Made by a program: the position numbers and the translations under genes | Shown: positions 1 to 7,771 of the stretch, piece after piece | Layout: each line of letters begins with the position of its first letter | Numbering within the stretch: position 1 is the first letter of the stretch | The notes under the pieces: model-generated | The model's database searches: none | The model's input: the letters and a program-made list of their open reading frames with translations, nothing else | What the model was told of the DNA's origin: nothing | Source: a virus | Length of the DNA stretch: 64,000 nucleotides | Reading direction: 5' to 3' (one strand) | Virus record (IMG/VR): IMGVR_UViG_3300028883_000003 | Span: 32,001 to 96,000 of that record

Positions 1-205
1 AGGCTATGGTAGTTTTCCGGAAATAACTAAATATCTAGCCAAGAAAGCTGTAGAGTGAAAGAATTAGAAAAACGAATTAAACTTTTGGAAAAATTGTTGG
101 AACAATCATTGAATTATTTGGGTTTAGAGGTAGTAGGCTCTGATGATCAATTTCATAAAGAGTTTATACATGAATTTTTGGAAAGAGGAAGGAAGGTTTT
201 AAAAA

Positions 206-412
206 ATGACAAGTGAAGCAAAATGGTTTGCGTTATATTTTTACCCATTGATTGGTGTTGTTGTATTGGGGTTTTTATTTAGTTGCTTAATAAATAATAC
301 AGTACCATTTATAATCTGTTTGGTAATAGCGTTTTTAGGTATGCCAATGTGGGCAATATATACAGTAAATAGAGAACAGAAAGAAGAGCGTAATAAGCAT
401 AATAAAAGATAA
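206..412 (+). CDS. small membrane protein, hypothetical
   Basis: 68 aa with two hydrophobic segments and a basic C-terminus; its stop abuts tRNA-Gln. Confidence 0.5.
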   Translation: MTSEAKWFALYFYPLIGVVVLGFLFSCLINNTVPFIICLVIAFLGMPMWAIYTVNREQKEERNKHNKR

Positions 413-482
413 GCCCCATGATGTAATAGTAGCATAGCAGGCTTTGAACCTGTTAGTTTTGGTGCAAGTCCAGATGGGGCTG
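412..482 (+). tRNA. tRNA-Gln(TTG)
   Basis: Acceptor AGCCCCA/TGGGGCT, anticodon arm GCAGG-CTTTGAA-CCTGT, T-loop variant TGCAAGT; no encoded CCA. Confidence 0.85.
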
Positions 483-487
483 TAAAT

Positions 488-916
488 TTGAAAGGAATGG
501 TTATGAAAGTACCACAGTTGACAGAGAAAGAAAAAGAAATATTTCAGTTGGCATTGGAAGGGAAACAACTCTTATATAATAGTTCCTTAGATATTAAAGA
601 TGAAATAGAAAACGCAGCTACTGATATTATTACTCCGGAGTCTATTAAAAATAACACAATTTCTAAAACGCTTAAACAAAAAATAAGACGACAGGTTTTA
701 AATATTATAACGGTGTATTTTTTAAATGACGGTTTTTGTTATGATAAAGGTAATGATTTTTGTGAAGTAAAATACATAAAAACCCTCGATTTAGACAAGT
801 TCAATATGGAAGTAAGCAAAGGTATTGAATCTGTAATTGGATATAGGTTACGAACTTTGGTAGCACAAAAAGAAGGAAAAAAAGTGTGCCCTACTTGTGG
901 GCAAACTATTAAATAA
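488..916 (+). CDS. hypothetical protein with C-terminal CPTCG zinc-knuckle
   Basis: 142-aa ORF ending in VCPTCGQTIK. Confidence 0.5.
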   Translation: MKGMVMKVPQLTEKEKEIFQLALEGKQLLYNSSLDIKDEIENAATDIITPESIKNNTISKTLKQKIRRQVLNIITVYFLNDGFCYDKGNDFCEVKYIKTLDLDKFNMEVSKGIESVIGYRLRTLVAQKEGKKVCPTCGQTIK

Positions 917-921
917 ATAAC

Positions 922-994
922 GGGCCGGTAGCTCAATTGGGAGAGCGTTGGCCTTGCAAGCCAGAGGTTCAGGGTTCGATCCCCTGCCGGTCCA
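922..994 (+). tRNA. tRNA-Ala(TGC)
   Basis: Canonical cloverleaf GGGCCGG...CCGGTCC-A with the G3:U70 Ala identity pair, loop CTTGCAA, TTCGATC T-loop. Confidence 0.97.
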
Positions 995-1151
995 AAAACT
1001 AATAGGAGTAAACCGTGGAAGAAAAGTTAAGAGACAAAGGAAAGATATACAAATCTGTTAAAAAAGGAACAACTATTGATATGCTCTCTTCTTTCAAAGT
1101 TGTGCAGTCACTAATTAAAAAAGTATCAAATATTTTTAAAAAGGAGAAAAA

Positions 1152-1568
1152 ATGAAGAAAACCTTAATCACCCTGTTTTTTGTAGTAGCCTTAATGGGGA
1201 CAGCTTTTGCCGAAGATGTAACTGTTGAATGGACTGCTGTTCATGAAGATGGGAATACTGGTGGTCCAGCTACTGGTTATGTTCTTTGCTATGGTCCAGA
1301 CAGTACAGCTATTATAAATTCGAGTGTAGTAGACGGTTTTGCTGTAGCAGATTCATTAACAACTATTGTGGAACAAGACAATGTACCCGGCAATGTAGGA
1401 GACACGCTGCAATACACGGTTAGTGGATTAGTTAGTGGAATTAAATATTACTTCACCATGAAGGCTTTTGATGATGTAGACAATTATTCTGATTTAGGGA
1501 ACATTGTCAGTCATGTTGTTGTTGATGTAATAAAGCCGGGTGTTGTGGACATTATTAAGTTGTATTAA
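1152..1568 (+). CDS. exported fibronectin type III-like protein
   Basis: Signal peptide MKKTLITLFFVVALMGTAFA; FN3-like pattern VEWTA...GYVLCYG...YTVSGLVSGIKYYFTMKAFD; AGGAG RBS. Confidence 0.7.
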   Translation: MKKTLITLFFVVALMGTAFAEDVTVEWTAVHEDGNTGGPATGYVLCYGPDSTAIINSSVVDGFAVADSLTTIVEQDNVPGNVGDTLQYTVSGLVSGIKYYFTMKAFDDVDNYSDLGNIVSHVVVDVIKPGVVDIIKLY

Positions 1569-1579
1569 AAGGAGTTAAT

Positions 1580-1750
1580 ATGGAAAAGCACTATGATGTT
1601 AAGTTAAATTCAGACAATAAGTTTGATATTTACGAAGTTAGTACTGGGGATGTTTTTTGTACGTGTGACACGGTGGACAAAGCTTCCCAAGTAGCTAGGG
1701 CTTTGGAATTGGCTTATGCAATGAAAATTGTAATGCAGTTAATATTTTAA
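1580..1750 (+). CDS. small hypothetical protein (56 aa, below ORF-track cutoff)
   Basis: AAGGAG RBS, ATG at 1580, TAA at 1748-1750 (MEKHYDVKLN...). Confidence 0.45.
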   Translation: MEKHYDVKLNSDNKFDIYEVSTGDVFCTCDTVDKASQVARALELAYAMKIVMQLIF

Positions 1751-1755
1751 CTAAT

Positions 1756-1828
1756 GGGGCCATCGTTTAATTGGTTAGGATGTGGGACTTTCATTCCCTC
1801 GATGTCGGTTCGATCCCGGCTGGCCCTA
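1756..1828 (+). tRNA. tRNA-Glu(TTC)
   Basis: Acceptor GGGGCCA/TGGCCCT, anticodon loop CTTTCAT, T-arm GTCGG-TTCGATC-CCGGC. Confidence 0.92.
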
Positions 1829-1856
1829 CTAAATTTGTAATAAATTTAGGTTGTTT

Positions 1857-1929
1857 GCCCCTGTAACTCAATTGGTAGAGTAGCTGACCTGTAATCAGCT
1901 TGTTCTAGGTTCGAGTCCTAGCGGGGGCT
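1857..1929 (+). tRNA. tRNA-Thr(TGT) with non-canonical C33
   Basis: Acceptor GCCCCTG/CGGGGGC, stem GCTGA/TCAGC closing loop CCTGTAA, T-arm CTAGG-TTCGAGT-CCTAG, short variable loop. Confidence 0.85.
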
Positions 1930-1950
1930 AAAATAAAGGAAACAAAAACA

Positions 1951-2274
1951 GTGAAAGATAAAACTTATACAGAAGCTGATCTTGTTAAGATAAGAAAAGA
2001 TTATCTTGCAAAGAGAAAAGAGGAGGAGGAGGCGAAAAGAAAGGAATTCGAAGAAATAACTACTAAAAGACAAAAGTGTAACCACGAATATAAACTTTTA
2101 CACGAAGTAGACGACCAAAATGCGTCAGGTTACATTAGTCGTTATAAAACATTTGAGTGCTCTAAATGTGGAAATATTAGTATGATTAATTTGTTAACAC
2201 CAGAAGAAGAAGCGGGAAACAGGGATACTATTTCTATTGAAAACCAAACGTATGGTTTACGCATAAAACAATAA
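1951..2274 (+). CDS. hypothetical protein, probable zinc ribbon
   Basis: CNH...CSKCG motif after a charged helical N-terminus. Confidence 0.5.
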   Translation: MKDKTYTEADLVKIRKDYLAKRKEEEEAKRKEFEEITTKRQKCNHEYKLLHEVDDQNASGYISRYKTFECSKCGNISMINLLTPEEEAGNRDTISIENQTYGLRIKQ

Positions 2275-2285
2275 GGAGACAAAAA

Positions 2286-2648
2286 ATGACTGAATGGTTT
2301 AGTACCCCAAGGTACACATCAATAGGTGCTGTTACACCTGAGATTAATATGTTTAGAAAAAATGGCGTAATTACTATTGAAGCTAAAGTTCCGGGTTTTT
2401 CAAAAGAGGAATTAGGTGTCAATATCAAGGATAATGTTCTTACCATACGCGGCACTAAAAACCAAGGCAGAGGTTCTGAAAGTGCCGTTTTTGAAGAATT
2501 TGAACATATTGACTTCAATCGTTCGTTTAGTATACCTAACGAAATTAATTTGGATACAGTCAAATCCTCATTAAAAGATGGCATACTTACTATTACTATG
2601 GAGCTTAGTGATAAAGAGGCTGAAGGTAAAACTGTGGAGATTGAATAG
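2286..2648 (+). CDS. Hsp20/alpha-crystallin small heat-shock protein
   Basis: IEAKVPGFSKEELGVNIKDNVLTIRG...FNRSFSIP...VKSSLKDGILTITM alpha-crystallin signature; AAGGAG RBS. Confidence 0.92.
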   Translation: MTEWFSTPRYTSIGAVTPEINMFRKNGVITIEAKVPGFSKEELGVNIKDNVLTIRGTKNQGRGSESAVFEEFEHIDFNRSFSIPNEINLDTVKSSLKDGILTITMELSDKEAEGKTVEIE

Positions 2649-2833
2649 TGAACAAAGGAACTATTGACAGCAAACCGGGTGGGCCGGGCTGTGCAGCCTA
2701 TTGTAATTGTATGCTTTGTAGACACGATAGAAAAGACAAATTTACAATAAGATTTTTACACAAATGGCATCGTAGACAAGGTAAAAAAATAATTGAAAAG
2801 GAATTAGAAAACATAATGGGTGGTGGAAAATAG
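2648..2833 (+). CDS. small Cys-rich basic hypothetical protein
   Basis: CAAYCNCMLC motif; start overlaps the Hsp20 stop. Confidence 0.4.
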   Translation: MNKGTIDSKPGGPGCAAYCNCMLCRHDRKDKFTIRFLHKWHRRQGKKIIEKELENIMGGGK

Positions 2834-2846
2834 ACACACATTCAGA

Positions 2847-2997
2847 GATGGACACGTACCTCCGTGGCGGTTGTGGGTTTCCAAGACCCCGGTAAAATAT
2901 CAAGCACTCTTGAGGCTGGTGAGTAAATTATCCCTACAACTTCAACAGCGGAAGGTCGGAATCGTGTCGTGCTAAGGTGAGAGTCCTTAGCCCCATT
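2847..2997 (+). ncRNA. candidate structured ncRNA (long rod plus T-loop hairpin)
   Basis: Nested helices GACACG/CGTGTC, ACCTCCG/CGGAAGGT, GTTGTGGG/CCCTACAAC, TCAAG/CTTGA, then GCTAAGG-TGAGAGT-CCTTAGC; GC-rich island between tRNAs with no ORF. Confidence 0.45.
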
Positions 2998-3006
2998 ATA
3001 TAATTT

Positions 3007-3077
3007 GCCCTAATGGTGTAATGATAGCATCTTTGGCTTCCAACCAAACGGTTTGGGTTTGAATCCCAATTAGGGCT
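3007..3077 (+). tRNA. tRNA-Gly(TCC)
   Basis: Acceptor GCCCTAA/TTAGGGC, U73 discriminator, TTTGG-CTTCCAA-CCAAA anticodon arm, T-loop TTTGAAT. Confidence 0.9.
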
Positions 3078-3120
3078 AAAAGATAGAAGAGCCTGTAGTA
3101 GATAGAAAGAGAGAAAGACA

Positions 3121-3435
3121 ATGTTTTTAAAGATTATTTATGGAATAGGAACTCCAACGGTTTCTAACACGCCAGATGACTGGCCAGCCCGAAATGAACA
3201 AATAACAATAAAAGAATGTAAAGAGATTGATTCTGATTATTGTTACTCCAAAACCGATAAATGTGAAAAAGGAGAACGGGAAGAACACTTGTTTATAAGT
3301 GTGGATAACGGATCACAATATTTTAAAGTTCCAACTGGTAAAATAATTACTAAAGGTGGGGCTAAAAGTGAACCCAGCGGTAATAGTATATATGTTATGA
3401 GCGACGAAGGTAAAACAATAGATAGATTATTATAA
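3121..3435 (+). CDS. hypothetical protein
   Basis: 104-aa ORF in the co-oriented block; no recognised motif. Confidence 0.45.
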   Translation: MFLKIIYGIGTPTVSNTPDDWPARNEQITIKECKEIDSDYCYSKTDKCEKGEREEHLFISVDNGSQYFKVPTGKIITKGGAKSEPSGNSIYVMSDEGKTIDRLL

Positions 3436-3462
3436 ACCAATCTTTACAGGCTCTTCTAAATT

Positions 3463-3654
3463 ATGACAAAACATTTTAACAAAAAACAAACAATTATTGG
3501 TACATGCAAATGTGGTGGACCAATAACAAAAAATGAATTTGATGGTTTAACTTCATGCTTATCTTTAACAAAGATATACTGTTTAAAATGCTTTAAGGAG
3601 TACAACGACCAATGCCAACTCCCAAAAAGAATGAAACTAAAAAAGAATTCATAA
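3463..3654 (+). CDS. small Cys-rich hypothetical protein
   Basis: CKCGG...CLKC motif. Confidence 0.4.
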   Translation: MTKHFNKKQTIIGTCKCGGPITKNEFDGLTSCLSLTKIYCLKCFKEYNDQCQLPKRMKLKKNS

Positions 3655-3705
3655 AGCGATGTATGGCTTATCCTGATCTTCAAGATAAGAAACCAGATCA
3701 AAGAT

Positions 3706-4011
3706 ATGCAATCTGCCAATCAATGTGGAAGGAGCGTAAAAAAGGTGAGACCGAGAAATAAGCAAGAGAGAAAAAGAATTGGGCTGAAAAAAGCTAAAAA
3801 AGCGTATAGAGTGTACCAGTTTGATAGCGTTGACCAAGATAAGAGACTTTTAGGAATCTATAGTAAAACTAGAACGTTCTGTTCTAATCCAGATTGTTGT
3901 GGCAATCCAAGAAAAAGCAAAAGGGGTGGGAATAGGCTAACACAACAAGAAATAGCTGCTGAATTAAAGTTAGCAGAGGAACTAGAAGAAATCGAGGAAA
4001 CTATTGAATAA
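3706..4011 (+). CDS. conserved-looking phage hypothetical protein
   Basis: Basic N-terminus, CSNPDCCGNPRK motif, acidic C-terminus; true start uncertain. Confidence 0.45.
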   Translation: MQSANQCGRSVKKVRPRNKQERKRIGLKKAKKAYRVYQFDSVDQDKRLLGIYSKTRTFCSNPDCCGNPRKSKRGGNRLTQQEIAAELKLAEELEEIEETIE

Positions 4012-4570
4012 ACCAAAAGGCTATCCCCCGTATGTTACATACAATCCTAAGTATAAAAGATTTTTGGTTACTGTTCCGAAAGAGAAAATAGATAAGATAA
4101 ATAAATTTGCTGTGAAGTTAGCAAAAAAGAAAATGGAGGAAGCACATTACAAAGTAGACGGTAATAGTTTGGTTAAGCGTTTAGTAACAGGCTTGACTGG
4201 AGAAGCGGCGGTAGAAGAGTTACTAGGTATAAAGATCATTGATTGGACAATTGGAAACTCGCGTAAATATAACGTAGCCGATATACAAGAATTAGGGATT
4301 GGAGTTAAGACTGTTGAATATGGTCTTCATCCATTAGTTCCTATTAATCCAGCTATGCCCCAAATCATTTGTGTAAAGATGTCTGAGAATGAAGTTATTA
4401 TTTGTGGGCTAGCTTCTATTAAAGTGTTGAAGAAATATCAGGATTTTAGTTTAGTTAGAGCAAAAGGGGCTAGGATTAGGGGAACTAAGTCAGGCTTTTT
4501 CGGGTTCAAGTATTTAGATATGTTTAGTTCGTTGAAACAGTTAAAAAAGATTTTGAATAGCAGGGTGTAG
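4004..4570 (+). CDS. hypothetical protein, possibly PD-(D/E)XK-like
   Basis: GLTGEAAVEELLG...AD...GVKT pattern loosely resembles PD-(D/E)XK nuclease cores; the stop overlaps tRNA-Pro. Confidence 0.4.
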   Translation: MNKPKGYPPYVTYNPKYKRFLVTVPKEKIDKINKFAVKLAKKKMEEAHYKVDGNSLVKRLVTGLTGEAAVEELLGIKIIDWTIGNSRKYNVADIQELGIGVKTVEYGLHPLVPINPAMPQIICVKMSENEVIICGLASIKVLKKYQDFSLVRAKGARIRGTKSGFFGFKYLDMFSSLKQLKKILNSRV

Positions 4571-4633
4571 CTCAATTGGTGGAGTTCTCGGTTTGGGGCC
4601 GAGAGGTTGAAGGTTCGAGTCCTTCCATCCTGA
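4561..4633 (+). tRNA. tRNA-Pro(TGG)
   Basis: C1:G72 and A73 Pro identity, CTCGG-TTTGGGG-CCGAG anticodon arm, GAAGG-TTCGAGT-CCTTC T-arm. Confidence 0.95.
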
Positions 4634-4640
4634 TAAAACT

Positions 4641-4713
4641 TGGGCAGAAGCTTAAGTGGATAAGCCATGTCCTTATAAGACATAGATAGAGAGTTCGAGT
4701 CTCTCCTGCCCGA
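4641..4713 (+). tRNA. tRNA-Ile(TAT)
   Basis: Acceptor TGGGCAG/CTGCCCG, A73, D-arm GCTT/AAGC, anticodon arm ATGTC-CTTATAA-GACAT, T-arm GAGAG-TTCGAGT-CTCTC; position 8 is A. Confidence 0.88.
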
Positions 4714-4867
4714 TTATAAAAGGACTAAAAGATGTGCAAACACGATTATACATGTGACAGTAATAGATTAGGTGGAGGGGAAGAATACACATGTAAAAAA
4801 TGTGGTAAAAAATTGTTACTAAGTACTAACACACACCCATTTTGGGTCGAAATACCAAGGAGCATCA

Positions 4868-5062
4868 ATGCATTTAAAAAGACGATCACTAGACACGACT
4901 AAAAAGCAAATTACAAACATGCACAAGCTTAGAGATTTGACACCAGAAAAGTTGACGGATAAACTAAATCAATTGTTCAAAGGAGATGTTTTGTACAGAA
5001 CTAGAAATGGCAGCGTGGTAGATTTTAGTGGGAAAACAAATAACAAGGTAAGGAGTTTTTAA
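4868..5062 (+). CDS. hypothetical protein
   Basis: 64-aa ORF with AGGAG RBS; stop overlaps the next start. Confidence 0.35.
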   Translation: MHLKRRSLDTTKKQITNMHKLRDLTPEKLTDKLNQLFKGDVLYRTRNGSVVDFSGKTNNKVRSF

Positions 5063-5343
5063 TGCCATATATTACTGAGGAAGAAAAAAATTTTTTGGAA
5101 GCCAAGATTAAAGCATTGTCAGAAGACATTCATAAGGGTGGTCCGGGGGTATTAAATTATGTAATGACTCAACTAATTACATTATATCTAGTAGATGGAA
5201 TGTTTGGTTACAACTACGTCGATTTAAATGAAATTATGGGCGTATTAGAATCAGTTAAAGCAGAGTTCTACCGCAGAGTAGTTGTTCCATATGAGGAAAA
5301 GAAAAAGAATGAAAATGGAGATGTTTATAAATTACCTTCATAG
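5062..5343 (+). CDS. conserved phage protein (DUF6899-like)
   Basis: MPYI...GVLNYVMTQL...LNEIMGVLESVKAEFYRRVVVPYEEKKKNENGDVY matches a widespread phage family from recall. Confidence 0.65.
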   Translation: MPYITEEEKNFLEAKIKALSEDIHKGGPGVLNYVMTQLITLYLVDGMFGYNYVDLNEIMGVLESVKAEFYRRVVVPYEEKKKNENGDVYKLPS

Positions 5344-5804
5344 CTCATAAAAGCCATGCCTATGGCATCGGCTTCATGGTCATGTCTAGGTAATATCCCC
5401 CTCTTTTTACATTCAGCAATCATATCTTTTTTAGAGGCTCCACCATCTCCGGTGAAGCTTTTTTTAATGGCTGTTGGTGATATTAGAAACACTTTGTGGG
5501 GTTCGGCTACATAACTTAGGGCGATTAAGTAAACACCTTTAAGCTCAACTAATTTTCTACCATTACCAATTGTGTGCCCAATACAATCTTCCAACACAAT
5601 AGTCCCAGTAATGTTGTTTTCTTTAAAATGCCTGATAAGACGATCATGGTACAGGCGGTATCTTTCAACCGGTAAATGTTTTGGAGCAAGTTTAAAAGGG
5701 TCGTTGTATTCACTACCAAAATGTTCTTTGTACAAGACTTTACCATTATCATCTAATGTCACCACTGCTGTTACTTTTAATCCGGGGTCGATTCCTGTGT
5801 GCAT
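5325..5804 (-). CDS. ruvC: RuvC-like Holliday junction resolvase
   Basis: GIDPG, VLED, PTAIKKSFTGDGGASKKDM, DHEADAIGMA catalytic motifs. Confidence 0.9.
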   Translation of the reverse strand: MHTGIDPGLKVTAVVTLDDNGKVLYKEHFGSEYNDPFKLAPKHLPVERYRLYHDRLIRHFKENNITGTIVLEDCIGHTIGNGRKLVELKGVYLIALSYVAEPHKVFLISPTAIKKSFTGDGGASKKDMIAECKKRGILPRHDHEADAIGMAFMSYEGNL

Positions 5805-6139
5805 TCATCTTCCTTTGTTAGGTCTCTTATATCTGCTTGAATTTTTGTATTGTATCTAAATTTAGGGATAAGACAGGGAGGAATATATCTAGAGTGCTTT
5901 TCTTGTGTGTGTTTCATATACACGGGCATAACCCTGCTTTTTCTTCTGAATAAAGTAAATGCACCAAATTTTGGAATTCTAACTTCTTCTTTTCTATACA
6001 GATGTACCTTAATAGATGCAAAGACTATTTGTATAATTTCATGAGCTTGTTTTACTGAGATATCCGCTGCATGAGCAACATCATGAGCCAAATCATACGC
6101 ACGAACGATGTTTACCGCTCCATTACTTCCTTTTTGCAT
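5777..6139 (-). CDS. HU/IHF family DNA-binding protein
   Basis: EEVRIPKFGAFTLFRRKSR...PKFR HU signature. Confidence 0.85.
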   Translation of the reverse strand: MQKGSNGAVNIVRAYDLAHDVAHAADISVKQAHEIIQIVFASIKVHLYRKEEVRIPKFGAFTLFRRKSRVMPVYMKHTQEKHSRYIPPCLIPKFRYNTKIQADIRDLTKEDECTQESTPD

Positions 6140-6150
6140 AATTACCTCTT

Positions 6151-6176
6151 TTAAATTAGGGGCCCGAAGGCCCCCT
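6151..6176 (-). terminator. probable intrinsic terminator
   Basis: On the - strand GGGGCC-TTCG-GGCCCC followed by TAATTT, downstream of 6195-6755. Confidence 0.55.
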
Positions 6177-6194
6177 TTCCCGTCCAGAATTACA

Positions 6195-6755
6195 CTAAAA
6201 TATTAGTGAAAAATCAAATTGAACAGCAAATGTACTAGCCTCTCCATTACGTGGGATAATATGGCCACCAGTATTTAACTGCAAACCACTAATGGGCTGT
6301 ATATTGTAACCAACATAATAACCATCAGCTACACCGTCTTTTATAGTGCTCTCTTCACTTGTTGCTCGAAGATGCCACAAGGTAACTCCAGCCTCAAAAT
6401 AAGAGCTAAGAACACCTAATGACTTACGAACTTTGGTAACAATTAATTCACCCTCAAGCTCTTGATACTTATCAAATTTGAAATTGCTGTAAACTGTTAT
6501 TGCCTCAGTCAACACTTCAAAAGTAACAGTGGTATCACTAACAACTACACCGGACGCATTGGTTGTAGAGGAAATTGATTTTGAATTAACTCCCCAAGGA
6601 AATCGTCCTTTAATCAAGTAACCAAAGGAAGGATGTTTGCCCTTCTCCATGATAAACATACTGCCACCACCAAATCCCACATCCGAGATAGCAGAAGCCG
6701 ATCCTGTAAATACAAAAATCAGCAATAAACAAATTGCAATTAATTTAGAAGTCAT
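6195..6755 (-). CDS. exported outer-membrane beta-barrel-like protein
   Basis: Signal peptide ending ASA, alternating hydrophobic beta-strand pattern, C-terminal VQFDFSLIF with terminal Phe (BAM beta-signal-like). Confidence 0.6.
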   Translation of the reverse strand: MTSKLIAICLLLIFVFTGSASAISDVGFGGGSMFIMEKGKHPSFGYLIKGRFPWGVNSKSISSTTNASGVVVSDTTVTFEVLTEAITVYSNFKFDKYQELEGELIVTKVRKSLGVLSSYFEAGVTLWHLRATSEESTIKDGVADGYYVGYNIQPISGLQLNTGGHIIPRNGEASTFAVQFDFSLIF

Positions 6756-7400
6756 TTAACTTCTCCTTTTAAAAAGTTTGTCAGGATGTAGAAACATATC
6801 CCCATGTTCTGTTTGCGTATCGGGAGTGTCTACACCTGCTCTGTGTAATATGTTTTTAATTTGTTTCCATTGCACCAAACCAATTGTATCAATATTTACC
6901 AACTTAAAATCGTTAGGGTGGTAAACAGCATATTTAACTGTGTTAATTGACTCCCTTTCTGGATTAAACGGCATAATAGCATGACTTTCAGCTTCAATTC
7001 TAACACATGGTATTGTTCCTAAACCAAATTTGGTTTTAATGGAATAATGATAAATTGTAGCTAAGTCATAACCACCATGAAGTTTAGACCACCTTATACA
7101 GAAAGATTCGGTGTCATAAGTATGGGAATCTAGTTTTCTAATAAAACCAAGCTTGGAACTGCTCCAATCAAACGGATGAAAAACCATATAGAAAGCATAA
7201 AAGTAATCATTGTCTTCACTCATTCTGAAGTAAAGAGATGGGGTGTTAATAGCCCATACTAAATTAGCTTCCATGGTCTTTTCTTCATCAAATATCAAAC
7301 TAGTAGGAAAATCTTTAATAGATTTCCATTCTTGATAAATGAAGGGCTGGAACCTTCTAGCAAGATTCTCAGCCCTTGTCACGTCTTTAACTAGTTCCAT
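6756..7400 (-). CDS. hypothetical protein
   Basis: 214-aa ORF coupled to its neighbours; FHPFDW...HTYDTE motif. Confidence 0.5.
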   Translation of the reverse strand: MELVKDVTRAENLARRFQPFIYQEWKSIKDFPTSLIFDEEKTMEANLVWAINTPSLYFRMSEDNDYFYAFYMVFHPFDWSSSKLGFIRKLDSHTYDTESFCIRWSKLHGGYDLATIYHYSIKTKFGLGTIPCVRIEAESHAIMPFNPERESINTVKYAVYHPNDFKLVNIDTIGLVQWKQIKNILHRAGVDTPDTQTEHGDMFLHPDKLFKRRS

Positions 7401-7767
7401 TAGCCTTTATTGCCCTTCTATCTTGAACTACCTTTACACCAGTTCTAGCAACTATCCATCCTTGTACAGCATACAAGGAGTCAGCTGGCATGTCTGGAAA
7501 AACGGTAACCAATAAAGAATAAACAATAGTCAGCCAAAATTCAGATGTTTGCCAAGCAGGTTTTCCCGAAACCGGGTCAACAAAACCAAACATCTTTTGT
7601 CCGCTTCTGGCTACAACCCAAGTTGCAATCGCAAAGAATGCATCTTTTGGAAAATCTGGCCACACTACCAATAAAATTGTGGATATTACACCAACCCACA
7701 ACTCGGTAGTCTTTACACCAGCTTTTACCGCTGTAACAGCACCATTTGTTTTAACTTCTTCTGGCAT
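7387..7767 (-). CDS. membrane protein with internal duplication, holin-like
   Basis: Two copies of [KQ]T[TS]E[LF]W-TM-PD[FM]P-TM-W[VI]VAR[ST]G. Confidence 0.5.
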   Translation of the reverse strand: MPEEVKTNGAVTAVKAGVKTTELWVGVISTILLVVWPDFPKDAFFAIATWVVARSGQKMFGFVDPVSGKPAWQTSEFWLTIVYSLLVTVFPDMPADSLYAVQGWIVARTGVKVVQDRRAIKANGTS

Positions 7768-7771
7768 GTTA

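Noticed and set aside
1857-1929. Reading this tRNA as Tyr(GTA)
   Set aside because: Stem pairing centres TGT, and it lacks the long variable arm and A73 of bacterial tRNA-Tyr.
2870-2895. tRNA-Trp(CCA) from GGGT-TTCCAAG-ACCC
   Set aside because: No properly spaced T-arm or 7-bp acceptor stem; treated as part of the candidate ncRNA.
6756-7400. NPP1/NLP toxin-like assignment from the HPFDW/HTYDTE motif
   Set aside because: The resemblance to GHRHDWE is too weak and there is no signal peptide.
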